Assembly (NCBI RefSeq): GCF_049554935.1
Contig: NZ_CP186926.1
Coordinates: 320,001-384,000 of the forward strand
DNA length: 64,000 bases
Direction of reading: 5' to 3'
Source of the DNA: Methanocaldococcus indicus
Lineage (GTDB): Archaea > AGJL01 > Methanococci > Methanococcales > Methanocaldococcaceae
Part shown: positions 1 to 9,543 of the stretch, in pieces
Layout of the letters: each line of letters opens with the position of its first letter
Position numbering within the stretch: the first letter of the stretch is position 1
Position numbers and translations under genes: made by a program
Notes under the pieces: generated by a model
The model's database searches: none
Seen by the model: the letters and a program-made list of their open reading frames with translations, nothing else
Told to the model about the DNA's origin: nothing

Positions 1-2368
1 TTCTTTTTTTCTCAGTTTTCTTAATAGCATTTTCAAATTTTTCCTCCAATATATCTTCATTGTATTTTTTAATTAGGTTAGTGTCATTGTATTTTACAAA
101 ATCTAAGATATCTTTATAGTATTTGTCTAAGATGTTATTATTTACTTCTTTAATTTTATTGAACTTTTCCCAAAAGTTCTCATCATAATAAACTTCTAAA
201 TCCCAATTCATTGGACATCCAAATATTGTTAAAGAATTCTTCTCCAATTTTATATTTTTGTCTTTATTTTCATAAATAATATTTTCTTTACTTTTTTCTA
301 ACTCTTCTTCTGCTAAATTAACAGTTTTTTTATACTCAAATTTAGGATTTGTTAAAATAATTCCAGCACTTAGTGTTATAAATGGGTTGTAGCACACAAA
401 TTCTTTAAATTTTTTTCTTATCTCCTTTGCTAATTCCCAAACTTTGTCCCAAGCTCCACTTATTAGTGTATCATCCCCACCTGCATAAACTAAATAGACA
501 TCATCTTTATATTTTGTTTTGATTAGATATGGAATATATCCTGTAAAGAATAAAGTTAAGAAAAAACTAAGTGTGCTTATTCTTGATAAACTTGCATATC
601 TTGTATTTATTCCAAATCCTTGTGTAAAAATAACTCCTAAGTTATCAACATCCATTTTTAAAGTTGCTATTTTATTTGTTCCTGTTCTTTCTTTTGCCTG
701 CTCACCTAAAATGCTAAAATCTTTAATTTTTATTTTTTCATTTTCACCATTTTCAGTTGGGAATGCAATACACCATATTTTGTATGGAATTACAAGCTCT
801 CCATTGTTATCTGGAAGATAATATTTATCTAAGAAATACTCTTTATTATCTAATAATTTAAATGTTTTATCTAATTCACTTATTATTGGTAGTTCTTTAA
901 AGCTAAATTCTTCAAATTTATTAGTATCTTTATTTTTAGCTTTTTTAACTGTTGTTTTAAATTTCTTTGTGAAATCTATTTCATTATTAGATTGTTTAAG
1001 TATATCTGTTAATGCTATAAAAGACGCACAATATTCACAAATTTCTCTATGACCTTCTAAATAGTAGCTATTTTCTTTATCTTTAAGTTCTTTTTTACAA
1101 ATACTACATCTATCTTCATAACCTTTATCTATTGGTTCAAATATTTCTTTTAATTTATAACTAAATCTTTTTAGTTTCTTTTTGATAGTTTCATCAGATA
1201 CCTCTTTCCATTTATTTGAAAAGTTTTTAAAATCATTTAAAGATACATCTACCTTAGCTAAATTTAAATAAAGTTTATTTTTAAACATCTCAAATAAAAT
1301 GTCATTTATCTCTTGTTCAAATTCATTTATTCCTTCATCATCTATTTTATAGCTTAAAATATAGAAATGTCCTCCTCCACAAAAGATAATATTAGATATA
1401 GACAAATTCAACTCTTTACAAATATATTTAGCAAAATATTCAGTTAGAAAATCTAAGAAAAAGCTTCTACCTTTTAATGACTTAGTGGCTCCTTTTGACA
1501 CTATACTAAAAATAAAATCTTGAATTCCTGATATATCTCCATGAATTAATGAAAAAATTTTATCTTCCCATTTATCTTCCCAATTTTTACCATTTAAATA
1601 TTTTTTAATATCTTCATCAGTTATTCTTTTATTTTTATATAATCTATATAAACAGCAAGCTATTGCACATGTTATTTTAGAATGGTCATATAAAGAGACA
1701 TCTGGGATAGAACCTTTTAGCTCATCTTTTGATATCCAAAGAGTTGCTGATGGAATACACCAAAAATATTGTTGAATTAATTGTAACAACTCTTCAAAAG
1801 TAACATCTTCTTTAAAAAATTGACTTAGTTCTTTTTCAAAGTTAGTTAAATATTCACTATAATCAATATTTGGATATGGTTTGTTTGTAAATATAGCATC
1901 TTTTATATTCAAAGGTTTTAAATCATATTTAAATCCATTTTTATAGATTTCATAATAGTAAGATGATAAATCATTTGTTTTTAAATCTTCTTCAAGTTCT
2001 TTAAGTATCATAACACTCTCAAATATGGACAATAATGCCTGATATTCTTTATTTTCAATACTTTCAAGATTTTCATCACTTTCATTTGGTGGTTTCTCTC
2101 TTTCCCCACTACTTAACCAATCTGCTAATCTAACTATACCAATTAATCCTGTTTTTTTGGAGTCATTATGATGATTTTTTACAATATCTAAAATTAAATT
2201 TTTTTCTTCATCAGTTAAATCTTTCAAAAATCCTTCTTCAAATTTATCTTTTAAAAATTCATATCCTATTTCCCAATGATGCTTTTTTCTTATATTTTTA
2301 GCTCTTTGAACAAATTTACCAATATCATGTAAAAGAGCTCCAATTTGTAAAGCTTTATATTCATCCAT
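1..2368 (-). CDS. cas10: Type III (III-A, Csm1-like) CRISPR protein Cas10; 3' end runs off the window
   Basis: Manual translation from ATG at 2368 (RBS AGGTGGAG): MDEYKALQIGALLHDIGKFVQRA (HD nuclease), PDVSLYDH, GDISGIQDFIF, LKGRSFFLDFL, CVVC...CEYC Zn ribbon, KMDVDNLG, YLVYAGGDD (Palm2). Absent from the ORF track because no stop lies in the window. Confidence 0.95.
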   Translation of the reverse strand, partial: MDEYKALQIGALLHDIGKFVQRAKNIRKKHHWEIGYEFLKDKFEEGFLKDLTDEEKNLILDIVKNHHNDSKKTGLIGIVRLADWLSSGEREKPPNESDENLESIENKEYQALLSIFESVMILKELEEDLKTNDLSSYYYEIYKNGFKYDLKPLNIKDAIFTNKPYPNIDYSEYLTNFEKELSQFFKEDVTFEELLQLIQQYFWCIPSATLWISKDELKGSIPDVSLYDHSKITCAIACCLYRLYKNKRITDEDIKKYLNGKNWEDKWEDKIFSLIHGDISGIQDFIFSIVSKGATKSLKGRSFFLDFLTEYFAKYICKELNLSISNIIFCGGGHFYILSYKIDDEGINEFEQEINDILFEMFKNKLYLNLAKVDVSLNDFKNFSNKWKEVSDETIKKKLKRFSYKLKEIFEPIDKGYEDRCSICKKELKDKENSYYLEGHREICEYCASFIALTDILKQSNNEIDFTKKFKTTVKKAKNKDTNKFEEFSFKELPIISELDKTFKLLDNKEYFLDKYYLPDNNGELVIPYKIWCIAFPTENGENEKIKIKDFSILGEQAKERTGTNKIATLKMDVDNLGVIFTQGFGINTRYASLSRISTLSFFLTLFFTGYIPYLIKTKYKDDVYLVYAGGDDTLISGAWDKVWELAKEIRKKFKEFVCYNPFITLSAGIILTNPKFEYKKTVNLAEEELEKSKENIIYENKDKNIKLEKNSLTIFGCPMNWDLEVYYDENFWEKFNKIKEVNNNILDKYYKDILDFVKYNDTNLIKKYNEDILEEKFENAIKKTEKKR

Positions 2369-2432
2369 ATATCTCCACCTATACAACAAATAATATTATA
2401 ATGAAAATATAAATATTTTACTATTAAATAAA

Positions 2433-3164
2433 TTAATAAATATCAAATAGCTCTCCAAAGGTTATTTTTTTATCAACCTTTACTAACTCTGGAATTTTTC
2501 CTTTTATTCCCACTAAATCATCTATAACAATAAAAACTCCATCTATTCCTTCAATATCATCTGCTCTCTCCAAAGCTTTATTTATCATTTCTTCCTTATT
2601 TTTACCAATTGTATAATTACAGATTGCAGTTGCTGCTGCATCTGCTAATGCTGCACTTTTTGCAAAAACTGTTACTGAATCAGCATATCCAAAGCTTATA
2701 GAATGTCCTATTTTAGCTGAGGATGTTGCTACACCATAAATTTTTTTATTTTTTATTCTAAATGCAATCTCCCCACTAATTTTAGAATTTCCAGAATAGA
2801 GAGCAACAATGACATCTTTACCTCTTAAAGCTATATCTCCACCATTTTCAGCAATAATAAAATTAGTATCTATTTTTTTAACAACCATTTCAGAAATTGC
2901 TCCTGCAACAGATGCCATAGGTCCAGTATTTGCTTTAAAAGCAGAGGAGAGCATTAAATTAATAATTTCATCATCACTCTCTATATCAATTGGCTCTAAA
3001 GATGATAAAAAATAAGGATGTTCTAAAATAAATCTCTCAATCTTAGCTCTACAATCTAAAATTATCTCTTTTGCTAATTTAAAATATTTAGGATTGTCTA
3101 AAATTATATTAATGTTGGTTTCTTTAATTGAAAATCTTTTTTTATATTTCTTCATAGTTATCAA
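2433..3164 (-). CDS. UPF0280 / ApbE-superfamily protein
   Basis: GPMASVAGAI, ENGGDI, TSSAKIGHSISFG, DAAATA motifs; start may be ATG at 3155. Confidence 0.85.
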   Translation of the reverse strand: MITMKKYKKRFSIKETNINIILDNPKYFKLAKEIILDCRAKIERFILEHPYFLSSLEPIDIESDDEIINLMLSSAFKANTGPMASVAGAISEMVVKKIDTNFIIAENGGDIALRGKDVIVALYSGNSKISGEIAFRIKNKKIYGVATSSAKIGHSISFGYADSVTVFAKSAALADAAATAICNYTIGKNKEEMINKALERADDIEGIDGVFIVIDDLVGIKGKIPELVKVDKKITFGELFDIY

Positions 3165-3175
3165 AAAAAGAAATT

Positions 3176-3829
3176 TTATAGATCTAAAGGAACTCCTATC
3201 TCTGGAATTACAACATCTACTCCTAAAGGCTCAACTTTTTTAATAAATTCATTAACATCTACTTCAATTGCTGGGAATGTGTTATAATGCATTGGAATAA
3301 CAACCTCAGGATATATTAGTTCAGTTGCTATAACTGCCTCATCAATTCCCATTGTATATCTTCCACCTATTGGTAGAAGAGCTACCTTAGGAGCATATAA
3401 ATCTCCTATTAATTCCATATCCCCAAATAAAGCAGTATCTCCTGCATGATATACTCTATCATTAACTATATATCCAACAGCTACTCCTCCACTTATTGTT
3501 GGTGAAATATCAGCTGAATGCTCTGCCTTAACCATAGTTAATTTTGCATTATTGACTATTATAGAGCCTCCTATATTCATATCAATTGCATTAACTCCTC
3601 TCTCTGTTAGATATTGATAAATCTCATAGATACATACAACTGGAACATTAAACTCTTTTGCCAATTGTTCAGCATTACCTAAATGGTCTCCATGTCCATG
3701 TGTAACAGCTATTACATCTACTCCTTCCATAATCTCTTCAATTGGCAAATTACACAAAGGATTTGGAACAAATGGGTCAATCAAGACATTATCTATTTTA
3801 AAGCATGCATGTCCATACCATGTAATCAT
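3176..3829 (-). CDS. UPF0173 metallo-beta-lactamase-fold hydrolase
   Basis: ITWYGHA, THGHGDH, YHAGDT, LLPIGG, PMHY motifs. Confidence 0.9.
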   Translation of the reverse strand: MITWYGHACFKIDNVLIDPFVPNPLCNLPIEEIMEGVDVIAVTHGHGDHLGNAEQLAKEFNVPVVCIYEIYQYLTERGVNAIDMNIGGSIIVNNAKLTMVKAEHSADISPTISGGVAVGYIVNDRVYHAGDTALFGDMELIGDLYAPKVALLPIGGRYTMGIDEAVIATELIYPEVVIPMHYNTFPAIEVDVNEFIKKVEPLGVDVVIPEIGVPLDL

Positions 3830-4003
3830 TTTTTCACCTCCCTTCTAAATAATAATATTAACAAAATTATTATTTATTTTTATTTATCTCTTAATATCGT
3901 TTGAACAAATTTTTATTTTTATTTTTTTATATATACGGATGAAATATTTAAATACCATAACATTACAAACAATAATATTAGTATTGTTCTTTTTGTGATT
4001 TTT

Positions 4004-6409
4004 ATGATTAATATTAAAGAGCTTGAAAAAGAGTATAATACTAATATAGAGACTGGTTTAAGTTTAAAGGAAGTTGAAGAAAGATTAAAAAAATATGGCT
4101 ATAATGAGATTCCAGAAAAGAAAGTAAATCCAATTATTAAATTTTTATCTTATTTTTGGAATCCAATTGCTTGGATGATTGAATTAGCAGCTATTTTATC
4201 AATTATTATCAAACATTGGATAGATTTTATTATAATTATGACTTTACTTTTAATGAATGGATTAGTAGGATTTTGGGAAGAACATAAAGCTGAAAATGTT
4301 ATTGAATTTTTAAAGCAAAAAATGGCTTTAAATGCAAAAGTATTAAGAGAAGGTAAATGGAAAGAGATACCTGCAAGAGAGTTAGTTGTTGGAGATATTG
4401 TGAAGGTTAAAATAGGAGATATAGTCCCAGCAGATATTATATTAATAAAAGGGGAGTATTTAGTAGTTGATGAATCTGCCCTAACAGGAGAAAGCTTACC
4501 AGTTGAAAAAAAGGTTGGAGATATTGCATATTCTGGTTCAATTGTCAAAAAAGGAGAAATGATTGGAATTGTTAAAGCTACTGGATTAAATACATATTTT
4601 GGTAAAACTGTCCAACTTGTAGAAAAAACCAAAGATGTTAGTTCTTATCAAAAAATGGTCATTAAAATTGGAAATTTTTTAATTATTTTAGCTATTGCAC
4701 TAATTGCTATTATGGTAATTGTTGAAATACTAAGAGGTAAAGATTTAATAGAAACTACACAGTTTGCTTTAATATTGGCTGTATCAGCAATTCCTGCTGC
4801 ATTACCAGCAGTTTTGTCAGTAACTATGGCTATTGGAGCCTTAAACTTAGCTAAAAAAAATGCTATTGTTAAAAAGCTTGTAGCAATTGAAGAACTTGCA
4901 GGAGTAGATATTCTTTGCTCAGACAAAACAGGAACATTAACTAAAAATCAGTTAGTTTGTGGAGATATTGTAGCTTTAAATAACTTTACAAAAGAAGATG
5001 TTATATTATATGCAGCTCTTGCATCAAAAGAAGAAGATAATGATGCAATAGATTTAGCTATAATAAATGAAGCAAAAAAACTCAATTTAATTGATAAAAT
5101 TAAAAAATACAAAATTAAAAAATTTATTCCTTTTGACCCAGTTATTAAAAGAACTGAAGCAGAAGTTAGTAATGATGAAGAGTTTAAAGTTTCAAAAGGA
5201 GCACCACAAGTTATCTTAGAGTTATGCAATGCTGACAATGAACTAAAAAAGAAAGTTGAAGAGATTGTTGAAAAATTAGCTGAAAATGGTTATAGAGCTT
5301 TAGGTGTTGCAGTATATAAAAACAATAAATGGCATTTTGTTGGAATAATTCCATTGTATGACCCTCCAAGAGAAGATGCACCATTAGCTGTTAAAAAAAT
5401 TAAAGAGCTTGGAGTTAATATAAAGATGGTAACAGGAGACCATATTGCCATAGCCAAGAATATAGCAAGGATGTTAAATATTGGAGATAAAATAATATCT
5501 ATTAGAGAATTGATAGAAAAACTTAAAAATAACAAAATTAAAAAAGAAGAATTCATTGATATGATTGAAAAATCTGATGGATTTGCAGAAGTATTTCCTG
5601 AACATAAATATGAAATTGTAAAGTCTCTCCAAGAAAAAGGACATTTTGTTGCCATGACTGGGGATGGAGTTAATGATGCTCCTGCTTTAAAAAAAGCTGA
5701 TTGTGGGATAGCGGTATCTAATGCAACAGATGCAGCAAGAGCAGCAGCTGATATAGTTTTATTATCTCCTGGACTTTCTGTTATAGTTGATGCAATTAGA
5801 GAAGCAAGAAGAATATTTAGAAGGATGGAAAGTTATATTTTATATAGAATTGCAGAAACTATAAGAGTGTTGTTTTTTGTTGAATTGTGTATATTATTAT
5901 TAGGAATATATCCAATAACTGCATTAATGATTGTCTTATTAGCTATATTAAATGATATTCCTATATTAGCTATTGCTTATGATAATGTTGTAGAACCTAA
6001 ACTTCCAGTATCTTGGAATATGAAAGAACTTTTAACACTATCTACTGTATTAGGATTTAGTGGAGTTGTTAGCTCATTTATTATATTTTATATGGCATTT
6101 AGATTTCTCCATTTAACAATTCCAGAACTCCAAAGCTTTGTATTTCTAAAATTAATTATAGAAGGACACTCAACAATATTTGTAACAAGAATAAAAGATA
6201 GATTATGGAAAAAACCATATCCTAATAGCTTATTATTTTGGGGAATAATGGGAACTAATATCATTGGAACAATAGTCTCAGCAGAAGGTATATTTATGGC
6301 CTCTATTGGTTGGGGATTAGCTTTATTTATGTGGATTTATGCACATATATGGATGTTAATAAATGATGAAATAAAAATTTGGCTACTAAAAAGATTAAAA
6401 AGCTTATAA
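4004..6409 (+). CDS. P-type (IIIA, plasma-membrane H+-type) ATPase
   Basis: TGES, CSDKTGTLT phosphorylation site, KGAP, DPPR, TGD, GDGVNDAPALK; multiple TM segments. Start moved to ATG 4004 behind GTGA RBS. Confidence 0.95.
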   Translation: MINIKELEKEYNTNIETGLSLKEVEERLKKYGYNEIPEKKVNPIIKFLSYFWNPIAWMIELAAILSIIIKHWIDFIIIMTLLLMNGLVGFWEEHKAENVIEFLKQKMALNAKVLREGKWKEIPARELVVGDIVKVKIGDIVPADIILIKGEYLVVDESALTGESLPVEKKVGDIAYSGSIVKKGEMIGIVKATGLNTYFGKTVQLVEKTKDVSSYQKMVIKIGNFLIILAIALIAIMVIVEILRGKDLIETTQFALILAVSAIPAALPAVLSVTMAIGALNLAKKNAIVKKLVAIEELAGVDILCSDKTGTLTKNQLVCGDIVALNNFTKEDVILYAALASKEEDNDAIDLAIINEAKKLNLIDKIKKYKIKKFIPFDPVIKRTEAEVSNDEEFKVSKGAPQVILELCNADNELKKKVEEIVEKLAENGYRALGVAVYKNNKWHFVGIIPLYDPPREDAPLAVKKIKELGVNIKMVTGDHIAIAKNIARMLNIGDKIISIRELIEKLKNNKIKKEEFIDMIEKSDGFAEVFPEHKYEIVKSLQEKGHFVAMTGDGVNDAPALKKADCGIAVSNATDAARAAADIVLLSPGLSVIVDAIREARRIFRRMESYILYRIAETIRVLFFVELCILLLGIYPITALMIVLLAILNDIPILAIAYDNVVEPKLPVSWNMKELLTLSTVLGFSGVVSSFIIFYMAFRFLHLTIPELQSFVFLKLIIEGHSTIFVTRIKDRLWKKPYPNSLLFWGIMGTNIIGTIVSAEGIFMASIGWGLALFMWIYAHIWMLINDEIKIWLLKRLKSL

Positions 6410-6423
6410 AATGAGGATTAAAT

Positions 6424-7587
6424 ATGATTAAGTTGGAGATAGATAAAAAAGCTTATGATTCAATAAAAAATTTTTCAAGGTTGATTTATACAAAAGCTAT
6501 AAAAAATAAAGAAGATTTGCCAAAAAAAGAAGAAATAGTTGTTTTAACATATAAAAATAGATTTGTTGCTAAGGCATTATATAACCCTAACTCAGTTATT
6601 ATTAAAATATTAACTATAAAGGATGAAGATATTGACTACAACTTTTTCTATAAAAGGATATTAGAAGCTAAAAAATATAGGGAAGATATAATAAAATATA
6701 AAAATACATATAGATGGATTTATGCAGAGGCTGATTTTTTACCAAATATAATTTTTGATAAATACAATGAACTTGGAGCTATGCAATTGATGTCTAAGCT
6801 TATTGAAAGAGAGTATTTAAAGGATATTGTTGATATTCTTTTTGAGCTTTCAGACTTAGAAACAATTTATATAAAGAGTGGAAAAAAAGGAGAAAAAGTA
6901 AAAGAGAAAGTTTTTGGAGATAAAAGCAAAAAAGAGACAATAATAACAGAGGGGGAAGCAAAATTTATAGTTAATGTGAAAGGGCATAAGACAGGCTTTT
7001 TTTTAGACCAGAGGGAGAATAGGCTATTTTTAGAGAGATTTGTAAAAGAGGGGGATAGAGTTTTAGATGTCTGTTGTTATACAGGAGGATTCTCTGTCCA
7101 TGCAGCTTTAAGAGGAGGTTATGTTGTTGGAGTAGATTTATCTAAAAAAGCTTTAAAAGTTGCTGAGGAAAATATGGAACTTAACAAAATCCCAAAAGAC
7201 AGTTATGAATTTATTGAAGGTAATGCCTTTGAAGTTATGGAATCTTTCTTAAATGATAATATATCCTTTGATACCGTTATCTTAGACCCTCCTGCCTTTG
7301 CCCAATCTAAAAAATCTCTTAAAAATGCTTTAAAAGGTTATTCTTCATTAAATTACTTAGGATTAAAATTAGCAAATAGAATTTTTGTTACTTGTTCCTG
7401 TTCTCATCATGTTGATAGAGAATTATTTAAAAAAACTGTCTTTTCATCAGCTTTTAGAGCTAAAAAAGAGCTTATCTTAATAGATTACAAAGGACAAGCT
7501 TATGACCATCCAATAACATTAGCAAACAAAAATTTAGAATATCTTAAATGTATATTTAGCTATGTGAGAGGCCAAGCTGAGCGGTAG
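6424..7587 (+). CDS. RlmI-like (PUA + class I SAM) RNA m5C methyltransferase
   Basis: HKTGFFLDQRENR, LDVCCYTGGFS, LDPPAF, TCSCS, EYLK motifs. Confidence 0.88.
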   Translation: MIKLEIDKKAYDSIKNFSRLIYTKAIKNKEDLPKKEEIVVLTYKNRFVAKALYNPNSVIIKILTIKDEDIDYNFFYKRILEAKKYREDIIKYKNTYRWIYAEADFLPNIIFDKYNELGAMQLMSKLIEREYLKDIVDILFELSDLETIYIKSGKKGEKVKEKVFGDKSKKETIITEGEAKFIVNVKGHKTGFFLDQRENRLFLERFVKEGDRVLDVCCYTGGFSVHAALRGGYVVGVDLSKKALKVAEENMELNKIPKDSYEFIEGNAFEVMESFLNDNISFDTVILDPPAFAQSKKSLKNALKGYSSLNYLGLKLANRIFVTCSCSHHVDRELFKKTVFSSAFRAKKELILIDYKGQAYDHPITLANKNLEYLKCIFSYVRGQAER

Positions 7588-7712
7588 TCATATTCATTGA
7601 GCTTAGCTCTCATCTTACCGCCCGCCCAATTGGCCTCTCTGTATCCCCAACATCGAACCCCGTATCCTCGCAACTAAATAGATAAGCTCAACGGGGCTCG
7701 GCAGTTGGGGAC
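7560..7712 (-). ncRNA. Two-hairpin box H/ACA pseudouridylation guide RNA
   Basis: GC-rich island. Minus strand folds into two hairpins (GUCCCCAAC/GUUGGGGAU and GAGAGGCCAA/UUGGCCUCUC), each with an internal pocket, tandem GA K-turn motif and a 3' ACA box (7640-7642, 7563-7565). TATA-like TTATATATA about 25 nt upstream. Confidence 0.88.
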
Positions 7713-7765
7713 TATATAAATATTTTTATTTAGAATATATATAATTTTCATTTACTGGTGGAAAT

Positions 7766-8515
7766 ATGAAAATATTAAAAAAATTGAATTTAGTGGAGAT
7801 TATTGTTATTTTATGTATTGTTGTTGCTACACTATCGTTAGGTTACAACTTTTTAATAAAAAATGAAAATAAATATACTTTTGATGGCACTGAGATGTAT
7901 AAATGTGCCTGGGTAGCTAATAACATTCTAAATAAGGGATTTCCATTAAAAGCTTATATTGAAGGACATTTTAGAGGAGGAAAACCATTTAATGGGACTG
8001 TTGAGATAGTTAAAGCTCATGGAGGAACATTACATGCAATATACAACAACTCAATAATAACAATAGGGGGAGAATTAGCTTATAAGGAAGATATTGCAGC
8101 AAAAAAAATAAAACTTATTCCTATTGGGAAAGCAATAATTATTGAGAAAGTTAAACCAATAGAGGCAAATAATTTTAAAGATATATATATAAAAATTTTA
8201 AATATCTCTAACAAGTATAAAAAATACAATATTAGAACAATTTATTTAATAGGTAGTTTTGGAGTAGATAGTAAAACATATACACCAAGTGAAAGACAAC
8301 AAATAAACAACAAATTATATGTTGATATAAATAGAGGATTAAATATATTCTATGTTGAAAATGGGACAATTCTAAGCAATAAATTATATTTAGGAACTAT
8401 GGAAAAGTTAGATAGTATATTAAAACCAAAGAAAATAGTTACCTCTGAATTAAAAGTATATATTGTTGTAGATAAAATACCAAAACATTTGGATAATGAG
8501 GTAATAACATTATGA
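7766..8515 (+). CDS. Membrane-anchored protein of a methanogen-conserved family (TrmB sugar-binding-like annotation)
   Basis: Single N-terminal TM, FDGTEMYKCAW motif; overlaps the next gene by ATGA. Confidence 0.5.
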   Translation: MKILKKLNLVEIIVILCIVVATLSLGYNFLIKNENKYTFDGTEMYKCAWVANNILNKGFPLKAYIEGHFRGGKPFNGTVEIVKAHGGTLHAIYNNSIITIGGELAYKEDIAAKKIKLIPIGKAIIIEKVKPIEANNFKDIYIKILNISNKYKKYNIRTIYLIGSFGVDSKTYTPSERQQINNKLYVDINRGLNIFYVENGTILSNKLYLGTMEKLDSILKPKKIVTSELKVYIVVDKIPKHLDNEVITL

Positions 8516-9543
8516 AGACAGATAAGGTAGAGATACATCATCTATTTTTAATTTTATGCTGTATCTATATAATTTTCTCAAAAATATCATTTTTTGCTGG
8601 AATTGTGTTTTTACTATCAGGAATTATCTTTTACATCTCTTACAATATAGGAAAGAAAATAAACAATATTAATTTATTTTATAGAGATTGTAAAAAACAT
8701 TACTATATTGGAATTATTTTAATGGTTATTGGGTTTTTAGCAACTGTTGGAGATTTAATTTGGGTTAGAGATATTCCTCTATTTTATCCAGAAGTTAGAA
8801 GATTTCTAAGTGTTCCTTTAACAATGTTGTCAAGATTTTTTATAGTTGGTTGGGCTATTGTTTTATCTTCCTTAGATATAGATAAAAAAAGAGCAATAAT
8901 ATATACATTAGTTTTTTCTATTTTTGTAATGCTTTTAGGATATAGAACTTCTGTTTTTGTGTTATTGATTTCTTCAACTTTAATTTTATACTACAAAAAT
9001 AAAATAAACAATAGAGAGATTATTTTACTGTTTGGAATTATATTTTTCATTATTTTAGGATTATCAATATTGAGATTCTTAGTTTTAGGAGTTTGGGGCA
9101 ATCCAATAACATCAAGAATTTCTTTAACTATGTCAGTTTATGATATTATTTATAATTACTACAATGGTGCTTTTAGTGGATATCTTTTGTATTCTGCTAT
9201 CTATTCCTATTTAATGCCAATGATTAGTCCAAGAGCTGCAATAGCAATGTATTTGGGAATAAAAGGAGTTACTATAACTCCCACAATTGTAGGAGCTGTT
9301 ATAGGAGATTATGGAACTTTGGCTATTTTTCCATATTTTGGAATATTAGGAATATATTTAGGATACTTCTATAAAATTGCTAAAAATTTAAAATGCATTT
9401 ATTTAGGAATATTTGCAATTGTTTCATCATACCTATTGGTTGGTGTAGAAAGTGGAATTTTGGATTTTGATGTTATTCTATACTTTTTAGTTGGTGGGTT
9501 TTTATGTCTATATGTAACCTTAAAGAGCAAATTAAAAAGATAG
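8512..9543 (+). CDS. Oligosaccharide repeat-unit polymerase (Wzy-like) membrane protein
   Basis: About 10 TMs, LLGYRT, SPR, TITPTIVG..DYG motifs. Confidence 0.65.
   Translation: MKTDKVEIHHLFLILCCIYIIFSKISFFAGIVFLLSGIIFYISYNIGKKINNINLFYRDCKKHYYIGIILMVIGFLATVGDLIWVRDIPLFYPEVRRFLSVPLTMLSRFFIVGWAIVLSSLDIDKKRAIIYTLVFSIFVMLLGYRTSVFVLLISSTLILYYKNKINNREIILLFGIIFFIILGLSILRFLVLGVWGNPITSRISLTMSVYDIIYNYYNGAFSGYLLYSAIYSYLMPMISPRAAIAMYLGIKGVTITPTIVGAVIGDYGTLAIFPYFGILGIYLGYFYKIAKNLKCIYLGIFAIVSSYLLVGVESGILDFDVILYFLVGGFLCLYVTLKSKLKR

Noticed and set aside
519-821. 100-aa plus-strand ORF
   Set aside because: Antisense shadow of cas10.
2433-3829. MBL hydrolase and ApbE-like genes as CRISPR accessory genes or ring nucleases
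   Set aside because: Both belong to widely conserved archaeal families; only adjacency to cas10 supports a link.
4150-5655. Long antisense ORFs opposite the P-type ATPase (likewise thermosome, rpo, cheF-like and other genes)
   Set aside because: Ser/Ile/Phe-rich shadow frames caused by codon bias; no RBS or motifs.
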